From a virus, in IMG/VR virus record IMGVR_UViG_3300045988_183322: a stretch of 64,000 bases of DNA; one strand, written 5' to 3'. A program made the translations under genes and the position numbers. A model generated the notes under the pieces. It ran no database searches. It saw nothing but the letters and a program-made list of their open reading frames with translations, and was not told the DNA's origin. Positions 53,897-64,000 of the stretch are shown here, piece after piece (the first letter of the stretch is position 1; each line of letters begins with the position of its first letter).

Positions 53897-54955
53897 TCAA
53901 TAATTGCATCTACAGTAATGTGGACAACCTGAATAAACAGCCCATTCAAAAAAATATGAATCTTTTGGGTATTTTTCTCTAAGTTTAGGTTTATCCTCTA
54001 AAAAACAAGTAGCAACAGTTTCTCCAGAATCTATCTTTTTTATTTTATAAAAATCGAAAGCAAATTTCGCTGGACAATACCACATAGGTGTTCCGTCTTT
54101 TTTAAGTTGATTAGGAGATTTAGCAAATCCACAGCTTAATGGACCACCAAAAGACCCATCTTTAGGATAATCTTTATAACAAGCCATGTCTGCATATGCG
54201 TTTCTTAAACAAAAAGAATCTAATAAAATTTGCCAATTCGTTAATTCATATTCAAAACCATCAAGAATATCATTATCAAATAAATCAATTGTTATAACCC
54301 CTGACGAATCCTTTTGAGACATACCATGCTTTAAAAATAAAAACTCTGTTCTTGACTGTTCAATTTGTGGGAAAAGCTCTCTGGCCGCTAAAGAATAAAT
54401 AAAATGCTGGATGTTGTCAGAAATTTCTTTACCAACATATACCTTTTTAGATGTCTTAAAGTCTCTTATTAAAGCTAATCTACCATTATCATATAAAAAT
54501 AATTTATCAAGGAATCCTCTTATTTTATAAAATTTCCCACCTTCATTTTTTGTTATATTAAATCCAATTTCAGAGAACCCTTCTGTCAATCTATCACTTT
54601 CTGCATAAAAATCATAATTTAATCCAGCCAAACACATTTGTTTGATATCAAATATATTTTCATCAGAATGAACGCCTAATTTCTTCGCATAAGAATAAAT
54701 CAATCTGGAAATAGAAGGACAAACATCAACATCTTGAGCTTTTATAATTTTTTCAAAATAATGCCCTCTTTTTTCTTTATCACCTAGAAGCTCCATAACC
54801 AAATGTGTTACAGAACCTTTTGAGGCCCCATCGTTACTTCTATCTGGAATTCCTAAAATATACTTTGCATAAAAAAGCCAACTACACGTTTCACATGTTT
54901 TTATTCTTGAAGCCGACAAGGGCATTTTAGGCTCTACTTTTTCTTCATTTTTCAT
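53897..54955 (-). CDS. PD-(D/E)xK Cas4/RecB-family nuclease with Fe-S-type cysteines
   Basis: N-terminal SASRIKTCETCSWLFYAKYIL (Cas4-like) and C-terminal C...CPHYCRC cluster. Confidence 0.5.
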   Translation of the reverse strand: MKNEEKVEPKMPLSASRIKTCETCSWLFYAKYILGIPDRSNDGASKGSVTHLVMELLGDKEKRGHYFEKIIKAQDVDVCPSISRLIYSYAKKLGVHSDENIFDIKQMCLAGLNYDFYAESDRLTEGFSEIGFNITKNEGGKFYKIRGFLDKLFLYDNGRLALIRDFKTSKKVYVGKEISDNIQHFIYSLAARELFPQIEQSRTEFLFLKHGMSQKDSSGVITIDLFDNDILDGFEYELTNWQILLDSFCLRNAYADMACYKDYPKDGSFGGPLSCGFAKSPNQLKKDGTPMWYCPAKFAFDFYKIKKIDSGETVATCFLEDKPKLREKYPKDSYFFEWAVYSGCPHYCRCNY

Positions 54956-55998
54956 AAGATAGACTTCGCTTGTTTAATTTCTTTTATAGTAAATAAATCA
55001 GGAGAGCCATTAAAAATAATATTTTTCATGTATTCTCTTTGCATATCAGGTTCTATTTCTTTATTAATCCATTTATCAAAGATATTTTTGTCAGAAGAAA
55101 GAACCATATCGCCAAAATCATTACATAAGGGTAATTTTATTCTTAATTTATCTATACTAAAAATAGAAGACAAGGCTAAAAAAGATTTAATACTCCCAAT
55201 AAGACCTCTATTTATAGGAGATTTTTTGTCATTATTAAAAGAGATAGTTATAATATCTGGATTTAAACGGTTTAATGTTGCATAAAGAGAATCGCATCCA
55301 TTTAACCCAAAAGATACAAGATTATTAAAGAAACCATTTTGGTAAAGAGCCATGCTATCTCCAATACTTTCCACAAGAATTACTTCTCTTCCTTCATTAA
55401 AGGAAGACATGAATTTATTCTCCATCTCAGGAATAAAAAAAGGATAAACAAAATTTTTCTTCTTCCCTATAATTTTCCACTTGGGAACATTTTTGTTTTC
55501 TCTTCCATAAACATCTCTGCCAGCGAAACCAATAAGCTGTCTAATTTCATCATAAATTGGAAAAACCATTCTTCCATACATTTTTCCAGAAGACGCATAT
55601 CCAGCTAAATACGCAGATTGAGTCTCTTTCGAAATACCCCGCTTTTCATAAAAAGTATATAGATTCAAAAGATTGTTTAAGATAGATGGTGGAAAAATAT
55701 CGTTCTTCATATAATCATCTTTAATAAAAAGAGATTGTGGAGTAGAGAAACTTTCTGAATCAAGATATTTCTTTAAAAAATCATCTTGCGATTCTCCTAA
55801 AGTCAATTTTATTAATTTTTCAAATGGGGCGCTTCTTATTCCTTGAGGAAAATCGCACCATTTGCCAGTTTTTTTAGAAATACTTAATGCGGTCGGATTA
55901 TCGCCGCCTCTATAAATCGCGCAACATCTGTAATATTCCCCTTGTTCAGTAGGAGAATACCCCATTTGAACTAAAAAATTGTAAATATCATCTCCCAT
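54952..55998 (-). CDS. DnaG-type DNA primase (zinc-binding N-terminus + TOPRIM)
   Basis: CCAIY...KWCDF zinc-ribbon-like; ILVESIGDSMALYQNGF TOPRIM (E..D) motif. Confidence 0.5.
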   Translation of the reverse strand: MGDDIYNFLVQMGYSPTEQGEYYRCCAIYRGGDNPTALSISKKTGKWCDFPQGIRSAPFEKLIKLTLGESQDDFLKKYLDSESFSTPQSLFIKDDYMKNDIFPPSILNNLLNLYTFYEKRGISKETQSAYLAGYASSGKMYGRMVFPIYDEIRQLIGFAGRDVYGRENKNVPKWKIIGKKKNFVYPFFIPEMENKFMSSFNEGREVILVESIGDSMALYQNGFFNNLVSFGLNGCDSLYATLNRLNPDIITISFNNDKKSPINRGLIGSIKSFLALSSIFSIDKLRIKLPLCNDFGDMVLSSDKNIFDKWINKEIEPDMQREYMKNIIFNGSPDLFTIKEIKQAKSIL

Positions 55999-55999
55999 A

Positions 56000-58450
56000 T
56001 TAGAATGGAACAGTATAACCTTTCTCTTTTTTTATGGGGGTATTATTAGCAGAGAACGAACGAACAATATCTCTTAAATCTCCTTTATCTTCAATAGAAA
56101 AATTCTTAAAATCTAAATTAATGGAATTCCTTCTTACTGAACCATCAGGCATATTTACTAAATTTAAATATCCGCTAACATCTTCACCAAGAAATCTTCC
56201 TTTAATGAAGATTAATTTATGAGTCCCAAAATTGGGGCCTTGCAATTTATATTCGTCATTAGTGATATTTCTTAAAATAGCACAATGTGAAGCATAATGA
56301 ATCAACCTATCAGAAAGACCAAAAACATTTTCCGAATCTTCCATTTCATTGAAGGTTTTTTTAGCAACAATCCCCAACTTATTAGACTGAACAGAAGTCA
56401 ACATTGAAATAACAGGTTTCCTATCAACTTTAATTTCATCATGGATAAGAGTCTTAAACTTATCCATCAAGCGGCCTAAATATTGATGCTCCTGCTCATT
56501 AAATGTTCCATTTTGGGAAGGTTTCATATAGTCATAACAGAAAATCATCTGTCCACCATGACAAACATTGTCATAAAAGCTCTTTATCAAGTCTCTCATT
56601 TCTTCATAACTTTTCCCCGCTACTTGATAATAAAACATTTCTTTTCCTTCTGTTGCTAACAAAGCTTGTTTCAATTTAGCAACACTCTGAGGAGACTTGC
56701 ACCATTTACCAGACTCAATATCATAATAATTAACGCCGCTCAAAGCCGATAAACGCCTATATTGCAACTCGCGTTCTGACATTTCGCCATTATCAAAATG
56801 AAGGATAGGAACCTTATAAGTTTCAGAAACTTTAGTCGCAATATCCATTGTTATTTGCGTATTATGAGTCAATATATTATTTTCCAATAAGAATAAATGC
56901 GATGGATTATTGACTAAAATACAAGTACAGGATAATTTACCGATTGGCCGTGCGTCATATATTTTAATATAATCTTGAACATAGCGACTATGAATTCCAA
57001 CTTTATTTTTGCAAAGTTTATACTCTCCATATTTGCTAGTGAAACAAGTTACATCAAACTTTTTCTTTTTCGAAGAAAAATTAACCTTTCCAAATCCGCC
57101 AACAGAACGAAAAATATTAATAATTAAATTCGCATATTCATTATCTTCCGTAGAAAATCTAATTTTAGTTTTTATCCCTAATCTATCGTCCTTAGCGAGA
57201 CTCAAACTAGAATTATCTGTCTGAATATAAAATTGAGGATTTTCTCTGATATATTCTTTAATAAAGAATACCCTTCCATATAAAGGAAATCTTTCAAAAT
57301 CTATTTTATCTAAAGCTCTATCTTTTAATCCTTCCATATCTGGAAAAAGATTAGAAAGATGCTCATATTCTTCATCCTCAATTTTTCCATCTCTAAAATA
57401 TTTCCCAAGAAGAACGTAGTCTTTTCTTTCGGCTTTTTTATAAATATTCTTTTTGACGAAATAAGAAGTAGGAATATAAAGTTTTTCTCCCCCTTTCAAT
57501 CTGCGGGCAATTTCAGCAGAAGTAATAACTTCTATTTTCTTTTTCTTATTGATGAAACTGCAAACTTCCCAAAGATGGTCATAGGAGCTTACAGTAGGAT
57601 TTCTACTATCCTCCCAATAAAATTTAATCATGTTCTTTCTTCCTTGAGGAAAAACACCTAAAACTCGCGCTTTTTGTCCTTTAACAGAAAAAACTTCATT
57701 CCCCTTTTTTAGGTCGCAAATGCGCTTTAGAGACCCATCTGCCATACGAACATTTTCATAATCGGCCAAAGCTTTTCCAACGCCAGAACGAGAAGTAAAA
57801 AGAGTGATATTGCCCGGTCTAGTAAGAGAACCAAAGATATTCTGAACAGTGGGATAAGGGCATGGATAGCCCTTCGTTGAAAAATCCTGATTTTTTGTCT
57901 CTTCTAAGGCTTCTGCAATATCTTGATAAATATTAATAGGTCTATCTGAACCTCTATCGACTCTACTTACGCATTCTGAAAATATTTTTTCAGCTTTCGA
58001 AATTGATATATTAGGATTATCAAAGGGGGTATTTAAAAGATTATATTGAATTTCAGAAGTTGCGATAAAAATCTTCCTTCGGACAGAAGCTTCTTTTAAA
58101 ATATTAGCTAGCCCTTTATGATTATCATCTCTGATAATCATAACCCCTAAAGATTCAATATACTGACTAATGTCCATATTGGCAACACTAGTCAAACGGA
58201 CAACACCAGAGTTTTTTATTTCATCAATAACAGCAGGGATAGAAACATACTTATATCTATCGAAACATTTTAGACATAAGTCATAAACAGTTTTATTTAC
58301 GGTGTCGCTCCCATTTTCAAAATCATCTTTTTTTAAAATAGTAACAACATCATCAATAACACCTCTTCGCGTCAAAATTAAAGCAAGCAAGCTCTTTTCG
58401 ACGCCTAAAAGATTAAATTTCTTATTGAAAATATCTCTATTCATCCTCAA
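56000..58450 (-). CDS. dnaB: DnaB-family replicative helicase interrupted by an intein in the Walker A P-loop
   Basis: Spliced P-loop SRSGVGK|TQITMDIA = GVGKT; downstream FDNGEMS and RRLSALSGV (DnaB H1a-like); DnaB-like N-terminal domain. Confidence 0.65.
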   Translation of the reverse strand: MRMNRDIFNKKFNLLGVEKSLLALILTRRGVIDDVVTILKKDDFENGSDTVNKTVYDLCLKCFDRYKYVSIPAVIDEIKNSGVVRLTSVANMDISQYIESLGVMIIRDDNHKGLANILKEASVRRKIFIATSEIQYNLLNTPFDNPNISISKAEKIFSECVSRVDRGSDRPINIYQDIAEALEETKNQDFSTKGYPCPYPTVQNIFGSLTRPGNITLFTSRSGVGKALADYENVRMADGSLKRICDLKKGNEVFSVKGQKARVLGVFPQGRKNMIKFYWEDSRNPTVSSYDHLWEVCSFINKKKKIEVITSAEIARRLKGGEKLYIPTSYFVKKNIYKKAERKDYVLLGKYFRDGKIEDEEYEHLSNLFPDMEGLKDRALDKIDFERFPLYGRVFFIKEYIRENPQFYIQTDNSSLSLAKDDRLGIKTKIRFSTEDNEYANLIINIFRSVGGFGKVNFSSKKKKFDVTCFTSKYGEYKLCKNKVGIHSRYVQDYIKIYDARPIGKLSCTCILVNNPSHLFLLENNILTHNTQITMDIATKVSETYKVPILHFDNGEMSERELQYRRLSALSGVNYYDIESGKWCKSPQSVAKLKQALLATEGKEMFYYQVAGKSYEEMRDLIKSFYDNVCHGGQMIFCYDYMKPSQNGTFNEQEHQYLGRLMDKFKTLIHDEIKVDRKPVISMLTSVQSNKLGIVAKKTFNEMEDSENVFGLSDRLIHYASHCAILRNITNDEYKLQGPNFGTHKLIFIKGRFLGEDVSGYLNLVNMPDGSVRRNSINLDFKNFSIEDKGDLRDIVRSFSANNTPIKKEKGYTVPF
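56861..57772 (-). mobile_element. Intein (304 aa) with Ala1 and class-3-like W/C/T features, in the DnaB P-loop
   Basis: Starts ALADYENVRMADGS, block B TVSSYDHLW, block F LSCTCIL, block G NNILTHN then +1 Thr; middle region may be a degenerate homing endonuclease. Confidence 0.6.
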
Positions 58451-58692
58451 AATCAGAAAAAGGATATCCTACAGAACAATAATTAGCATCATATTCTGCA
58501 ATCATATTTCTTATGTTCTGAATTAAGCCATCAAAAATGACTCCTTCTCCAGCCTCATATCTGCAAACTTTTCCATTCTTGTCGCAAGCAAAAAGAATAT
58601 ATCCTTTGAATTCTCCTGATGCTGAACCAGAATATTCATATATGACCTTTCTTACTTCGGGAGGAATTGCCTCCAATTTTTCGCAATCCATA

Positions 58693-59106
58693 CTATAATT
58701 CCACGCCAAATTTGTTCAGAATTTCGTTTCTATCCAATTTATCGTTTGGATAGATTTCAACAAGAACTATACCATTCCTTTCGCAAAACTCAAGCTTTTT
58801 CCCATCTCTCTCTATCTGATTCAGAAAATTCACTTTTGAATTACTATGTAAAAATGGAGAATATCTTGCATGTTGCATGCCTTGAACTTCGACAGCTATT
58901 TTTTTTGTATAATTATAAAAATCTATAGAGAGCTTTGTTCCAACAACAGGAAACTCTTCATATACAAAATCATATTTCCAATAATCATTTAAGAACTCCT
59001 TAACTCTAGTTTGGAATTTACTTCTAGAGTTGGCCTTCCAATCTACTAAAAATCTTTCAGGCCTCTTTAGAGATTTAGTTTTACCATTTAAAGCAATAAA
59101 CTTCAT
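58693..59106 (-). CDS. DUF559/Vsr-fold endonuclease-like protein
   Basis: IAVEVQGMQH resembles the E-x-DG-x-x-H motif. Confidence 0.35.
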   Translation of the reverse strand: MKFIALNGKTKSLKRPERFLVDWKANSRSKFQTRVKEFLNDYWKYDFVYEEFPVVGTKLSIDFYNYTKKIAVEVQGMQHARYSPFLHSNSKVNFLNQIERDGKKLEFCERNGIVLVEIYPNDKLDRNEILNKFGVEL

Positions 59107-60329
59107 TATATAAGTTCATCAATAATAGTATATCCAATATGTTTCCCATTGTCATCAAACTTATTTTTTTCAGAAATTTCTTTTCGGAATAAGTCTCTGA
59201 ATAATTTTAATGCCCCACTGTCTAACAATTCTTTCTCTGCCTTAGCTTTGCCACGAACACCATTAAAGATGGGAATGCCATGTTTCTCTAAAATTATATT
59301 GAAATAGTCATTTGGAGTTACTGAGGTTCCAATAGCTATCCAGCCATCGGCAATTAACTTTAACATTGTTTCTCGTTCCCACCAGATAGATTCTCCCGGC
59401 ATTCTATCATATCGGACTGGATATTCAAAGGGACGGTTTTGCACATTAGCATCTGCCTTTCTAACATACCCTCTCGCCAAATGTCCGTAAGGCTCATCCT
59501 TTTTCGAGGAAGAGAAATCTCTTATGGAAGCCGCTCTCGCTGGTTCTAGAGTATTATCATTAGATGGGAAATATTGCTTATTAACATCTACAGAAAGGAA
59601 CTCTAAAATGACATCTGGAAAATGGGTCAGGGCATGCCCGCCAGAACAATCTAATTTCATCTGGTTGACTTCATGAACATAACCTATAGACACCTTACTT
59701 CGTTGTTGTGAAATGATAGCCCAATAATGCCCTTTGGCACTGATAGGAGTAGCAAACTGTTTCATTGCAAGAGTCGCTAAAGTAGCACCAGCGGCTACTT
59801 TAGAAGCTTCGTCAAAACTCTTCTTGCTATCATCATATCTGATAAGCCCGTCGATAGAATCAATGATAAAAAAGTATTTTTGGGAGTTTTTAGGGGTATT
59901 GATGAGTCCTTGAATGGGATTAAAAACCCCTTCGTAAAAGTTAGTCTCAATAATTAAGCAAGTCCCCTCCAACCAATCTTCTGCCTTATCGACAAATTTC
60001 ACACCAGAACCCCTTTTGAGGGTATCGCTGAACCTGCCTTCTGACTTAAAATAAACGCCTTTGCTATTAGGAACTGTAGTTAGGAAATTTCTTAAATAAG
60101 ACAACACGCAAGACGTTTTCCCACTGCCCGAAGCCCCATAGAGACGAAAAAGACAAGGGGGCAACAATCCTATCATGTCATCCAAAATCAAACTTCCGCT
60201 AGATATTCTATAATCAGATTTATTCGAATCACCGTAGTAATAAATAGAATTTTCTTTGTCTTTAATGAAATTCTTGATGAACTCAATGGAAGGGTCCTTT
60301 TCGTTCTGCGATTTTTTTTCTTCGTCCAT
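59106..60329 (-). CDS. RecA-superfamily P-loop ATPase (recombinase or loader-like)
   Basis: Walker A GASGSGKTS, Walker B FFIIDSID. Confidence 0.4.
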   Translation of the reverse strand: MDEEKKSQNEKDPSIEFIKNFIKDKENSIYYYGDSNKSDYRISSGSLILDDMIGLLPPCLFRLYGASGSGKTSCVLSYLRNFLTTVPNSKGVYFKSEGRFSDTLKRGSGVKFVDKAEDWLEGTCLIIETNFYEGVFNPIQGLINTPKNSQKYFFIIDSIDGLIRYDDSKKSFDEASKVAAGATLATLAMKQFATPISAKGHYWAIISQQRSKVSIGYVHEVNQMKLDCSGGHALTHFPDVILEFLSVDVNKQYFPSNDNTLEPARAASIRDFSSSKKDEPYGHLARGYVRKADANVQNRPFEYPVRYDRMPGESIWWERETMLKLIADGWIAIGTSVTPNDYFNIILEKHGIPIFNGVRGKAKAEKELLDSGALKLFRDLFRKEISEKNKFDDNGKHIGYTIIDELI

Positions 60330-61086
60330 ATCAACAAATATATTTTTTAGAATCTTCTAAAGGGTAAGAGGAAAACTCATATTCTAAAAGAATCTTATCA
60401 GATTTATCTTCCCCATCAAGAAAAAGATTTCTATATTTCTCCAAAGAATATAAATTAATCCAAAAATCAATCTCATTAGGATTTGGAAAATCAGAAAAAT
60501 AACTATAGCAATCTGATATGGGCACTATTTCATTTTTTGGAATAGATATCGGTAAGATACGATACCGTAAAATATTTCTACCTATTTCAGAAGAGAAGAA
60601 TACGATATTAACGTCAAAAGCATCGCTTTCTATAGATGATTCATAAGGGATATATAATTTTTTCTTATAGAGAAAATTGAAATCATCTTCATCTATGATT
60701 AGATTCTGAAATGAACCATATATCTCTTCGTCTGAAAAGTTATGCTCTTTGTATACTAAATAAGCTTCTGCTTTTTCTGCATTTGAAATGTTGTCATTGC
60801 AAAAAAGATGCATCGCGTCTTTAGAAGAACAGCTTCTCAGAATCATAACCAATGTTATCACATTAAAGTTCTTGGGGTGAATTTTAGCCTGATTCTTATT
60901 AGAATATTCTACTATCCTTGAATAATTTTCTCTAAACCCTTCTCGCAATCTTCCAACAGGAAAACCGGACGTAATAGACAATTTGCTCAAAAGAAGTCCA
61001 AGCTTCCTTCTAAATTCAATTTCTCTTCTAATAAGAATATGTTCCATTGATTTTAATATGATACAATATAGTAGATTATGTTATAT

Positions 61087-62982
61087 TTATGAGACTTTAT
61101 AAGAAGCAGGAACTTTATTCAAATGCGTAAAATATTCAATTCCATCTATGACGCTTGGCTCTATCTTTTCGAACCATTCAAAAAGACTCTGTAAACATTC
61201 ATCGTGCTGATAGCCATTCGTAGCTATATCAAGAACTCTTTGAGCGTCTGTTATCAATAGAGCGAGTTCTGGATTAGAAAAATTTTTATCGACAAAGGCT
61301 CTAATTCGTCTCAAATCAAGAAGATATTTTTCATGAATAATCTTTTTCACCCCAGTTTTTTTAACTTCCATCATTCTAGAAACTTCATTTCCTGATGAAT
61401 CAAAAATACTTTCATCATATGTGGGAATATTTTCACAAATTTCTGCAACTTTAGAATTAATGTCATCTTCAAAATCTTCTTTATTTGTAGAATTCAAAAA
61501 TGTTTTTCCATCTGAAAAATTATTTTTGTAATTTAAGAAGGCGACTCTGTTTTCTTCTTCCATACGCAGAAGAATATTCTTATTCTTAGAAAAGAATGGT
61601 AGAGTCACCATCCCATTGTTTTTTTTCAATTCTTCTTTTACCTCTTCTTCCAATCTTAGAACTGCCTGAGCAAGTCTAGTAATATCGCATGATGGAATAT
61701 ATTTTTCATTTGCATATTCGGCAATTAAATTTTTTATGCTACTTATGAGGCGCACTAATTCAGCCTCTTTGTCTAAAAGAATTGGTTCTTTAAAATCTTT
61801 TATCCCCTCTTCGTATCTGTGCGATTGCTCAAAAGCCTTGTCAAAATCATATACGTCTATAAAGTTTCCAACTCCTTTAAAATCAAGGAAGTTTCTCCCT
61901 TTTCTGTCTTCAAAAAAATTCTCTTTTGTGATTATGCTATTCCTATCATCAAAAAAACAATCAAAAGAAAAAATTGGAGGATAATAGCCTTTTACGAGAA
62001 AATAATAAAATACTTGTTTTATGGTGTCATAATCTATTTCTTCATTATCAAAATCATCTTCATACCCTTTGAATTTCTCTAATATCGCCCCGCCGTCATC
62101 ATGAAGATATGCCTCAAAAGAGATAGATTGAATCTCTTCTCTCTCTTCATTAGAAAGATTTCTATAGACATTCTTATAGAATTTAAGAGGCATTCTGTAT
62201 TTAAACAAATCATCCATGCACTCTGGATATTTCCCACGGAAAAAACTTTCCTCAAAAGGGATGATTTCATATTTTCTGCAAATATCCCTATAAGAAGAAT
62301 AAATCCAATGTACAGAAGACTCAATAAACAATCCCGCGCCCTCAATAGGAGAGAGAGTAGAAAGTTCCCATTCATAACGAACAGAAGCTATCTCTTTCGC
62401 CATGCCGACACTCAAATTCTCCCCCTCAATTTTAATAATTTCCTCTGCGATACAAATAAAAGAAAAATACCTTGCAACATCTCTAGCGCAACTACTAATG
62501 ATATCCTCTTGTATTTTTTTCCTTATCTTATATATTTGAATATCTCCGTAATCATGACAATATGATTCAATTTTTTTATCGTCAAGGAGGAAATTTTCTT
62601 TTTCAACTTTCTTCCCTAGAGAACAAGAGACGGAGCAACACAAATCAACAAAATAATTAAAACTGGACACAAAACTTCTGATTTTGCATCTAAGCCTATC
62701 ATCAGTAATTCTTTTGCCTTCTGGCTTCAAATCTTCCAAACAGCTAGTGATATCATAACGGCAAGAACTTATTCTATTCCTTTCTAAAACACATTTAGAA
62801 AAATCATCTCCAAGAGGAATCAGAACTTCGTTGCAAAACAAATGGTAATATTTTCGAGCGACATAATTGCAGAACAATTCATCTGCTATCTCTAAAGAAA
62901 AAAGATATCTTTCCGGACTATCAGCAAATTGAAAAATATTCTGATTGTCAATTCTTAATCGAGAAATATTGATATCCTGCAT
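61087..62982 (-). CDS. Large hypothetical protein (631 aa)
   Basis: ORF track. Confidence 0.3.
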   Translation of the reverse strand: MQDINISRLRIDNQNIFQFADSPERYLFSLEIADELFCNYVARKYYHLFCNEVLIPLGDDFSKCVLERNRISSCRYDITSCLEDLKPEGKRITDDRLRCKIRSFVSSFNYFVDLCCSVSCSLGKKVEKENFLLDDKKIESYCHDYGDIQIYKIRKKIQEDIISSCARDVARYFSFICIAEEIIKIEGENLSVGMAKEIASVRYEWELSTLSPIEGAGLFIESSVHWIYSSYRDICRKYEIIPFEESFFRGKYPECMDDLFKYRMPLKFYKNVYRNLSNEEREEIQSISFEAYLHDDGGAILEKFKGYEDDFDNEEIDYDTIKQVFYYFLVKGYYPPIFSFDCFFDDRNSIITKENFFEDRKGRNFLDFKGVGNFIDVYDFDKAFEQSHRYEEGIKDFKEPILLDKEAELVRLISSIKNLIAEYANEKYIPSCDITRLAQAVLRLEEEVKEELKKNNGMVTLPFFSKNKNILLRMEEENRVAFLNYKNNFSDGKTFLNSTNKEDFEDDINSKVAEICENIPTYDESIFDSSGNEVSRMMEVKKTGVKKIIHEKYLLDLRRIRAFVDKNFSNPELALLITDAQRVLDIATNGYQHDECLQSLFEWFEKIEPSVIDGIEYFTHLNKVPASYKVS

Positions 62983-63057
62983 GAGCCTACTGCCTTTGAT
63001 GGGACTAACAGTACACGATAGATGGATTGTGTCAAGACAAAAAAATCGGCATAATAG

Positions 63058-63086
63058 TTGACAAAAAAGAAAAACGGGTGTAAATA
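63058..63086 (+). promoter_or_regulatory. Sigma70-like promoter candidate (TTGACA - 17 nt - TAAATA)
   Basis: Direct reading; faces the structured leader and the dUTPase gene. Confidence 0.25.
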
Positions 63087-63715
63087 ACCAATGAACTCGC
63101 CCGAACAGGGAACATAGAGTCTTATAGGTTTCCTAAATCGCCTGTAAGCGGAATAGGCAAGCAATACTGGAAAACGGGTTGTGGAGCTTCCGTAGAAAAA
63201 ACAAATCGATTCAATGTAGAACATTGCCCCGCCAGTTCCGAAAGGAAGGTGGACATGGAGAGATAACTTGAGACGGAAATCTTATCAAGCTTATCATTGT
63301 GTACAGGCTGACCGACACGATAAAAAGGGGAATAATCTCCATGACATTGTATACCGCGACACTCCGTTTATACGGAAGTTTTGAACAATGCACTCCACTA
63401 CCCTTTTAGGGGTGGAGTGTGCCCGCTCCCCTCGTTTGCCGGAAGCCTTTGAACAAGGGGGATAACTTACAATATATTAATAATATATAATATATACTGC
63501 GGAAGATTTACCTCGGAAGGAGAAATTATCATAAGGTAAATTTATAATATATAATAATATAAATAATGAAAATCCTACTTATATGATGGGATTAAGATAA
63601 GACCATCATATAAAAATACTAGAGTTACCAATTTGCTTGTCAAATTGATGTGACTCTAGTATCAATGAAATATATGTTGACAAAATAGAAAATTTGTGAT
63701 TCACATGAATGTGTT

Positions 63716-64000
63716 ATGTGTGGAACAAATATTATTTCTTTAAAAGACTTTGATAATACTGAATCAAGAATAATCAAACCTAAATGTGGAGATATCGGTT
63801 ATGATTTGATTGCGTATCAAGAACCTGATATTATTGGTGCTCATTTTGAAAAAGATAGTGAAATATATTATTCTCACGTTGACTATATTGAATATAAAAC
63901 TGGGATATTTATTCAACCTCAGAGCAAAAATTTATATTCCTTAGTATTTCCAAGGAGTAGCATTTCCAACACAAGATTGTCTTTAGCGAACTCTGTTGGT
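63716..64000 (+). CDS. dut: dUTP diphosphatase, 5' partial (runs off window)
   Basis: Manual translation MCGTNIISLKDF...KCGDIGYDLIA (motif 1/2) ... FPRSSISNTRLSLANSVG (motif 3 region). Confidence 0.6.
   Translation, partial: MCGTNIISLKDFDNTESRIIKPKCGDIGYDLIAYQEPDIIGAHFEKDSEIYYSHVDYIEYKTGIFIQPQSKNLYSLVFPRSSISNTRLSLANSVG

Noticed and set aside
63620-63700. Additional sigma70-like promoters (TTGTCA...TAGTAT at about 63628; TTGACA at 63677)
   Set aside because: The spacing between the -35 and -10 elements is non-canonical (14 nt) or a -10 hexamer is missing. Only the 63058-63086 candidate was kept, at low confidence.

Overview
AT-rich (about 30% GC) tailed-bacteriophage genome segment, genes mostly on the minus strand. 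Recognisable modules: (i) a lambda-type tail-tip cassette (gpJ-like 990 aa with the 'IDxISEGPIEG' signature, gpI-like, gpK-like JAB/MPN, a large distal fibre) plus a separate repeat-rich tail fibre; (ii) a replication module (PolIII-alpha/DnaE-like polymerase with fused DEDD exonuclease and a mini-intein, Cas4-like nuclease, DnaG-type primase, DnaB-type helicase with an Ala1 class-3-like intein in its P-loop, RecA-fold ATPase, Dda/PIF1-like helicase, truncated dUTPase); (iii) a plus-strand lysis cassette (M15/VanY peptidase endolysin with PG-binding repeats; a GH73 glucosaminidase nearby); (iv) a cluster of 9 minus-strand tRNAs in a roughly 4 kb GC-richer, largely ORF-free region, including a tRNA-Leu(UAA) gene split by a roughly 293-nt group I intron at the canonical U34/A35 site, a tRNA-Ile(UAU) and a tRNA-His with encoded G-1; (v) two paralogous GT-A glycosyltransferase + calcineurin-like phosphoesterase gene pairs, one next to an acyl carrier protein gene, plus GT25 and GT8-like transferases; (vi) accessory genes (NADAR-DUF488 fusion, Clp-like AAA+ D1 ATPase, APH-like kinase, SprT-like peptidase, thioredoxin-fold CPPC protein, RGG-rich protein, DUF559/Vsr-like endonuclease domains). 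Most of the roughly 100 ORFs have no assignable function. All calls come from manual motif recognition and hand folding; no database searches were run.
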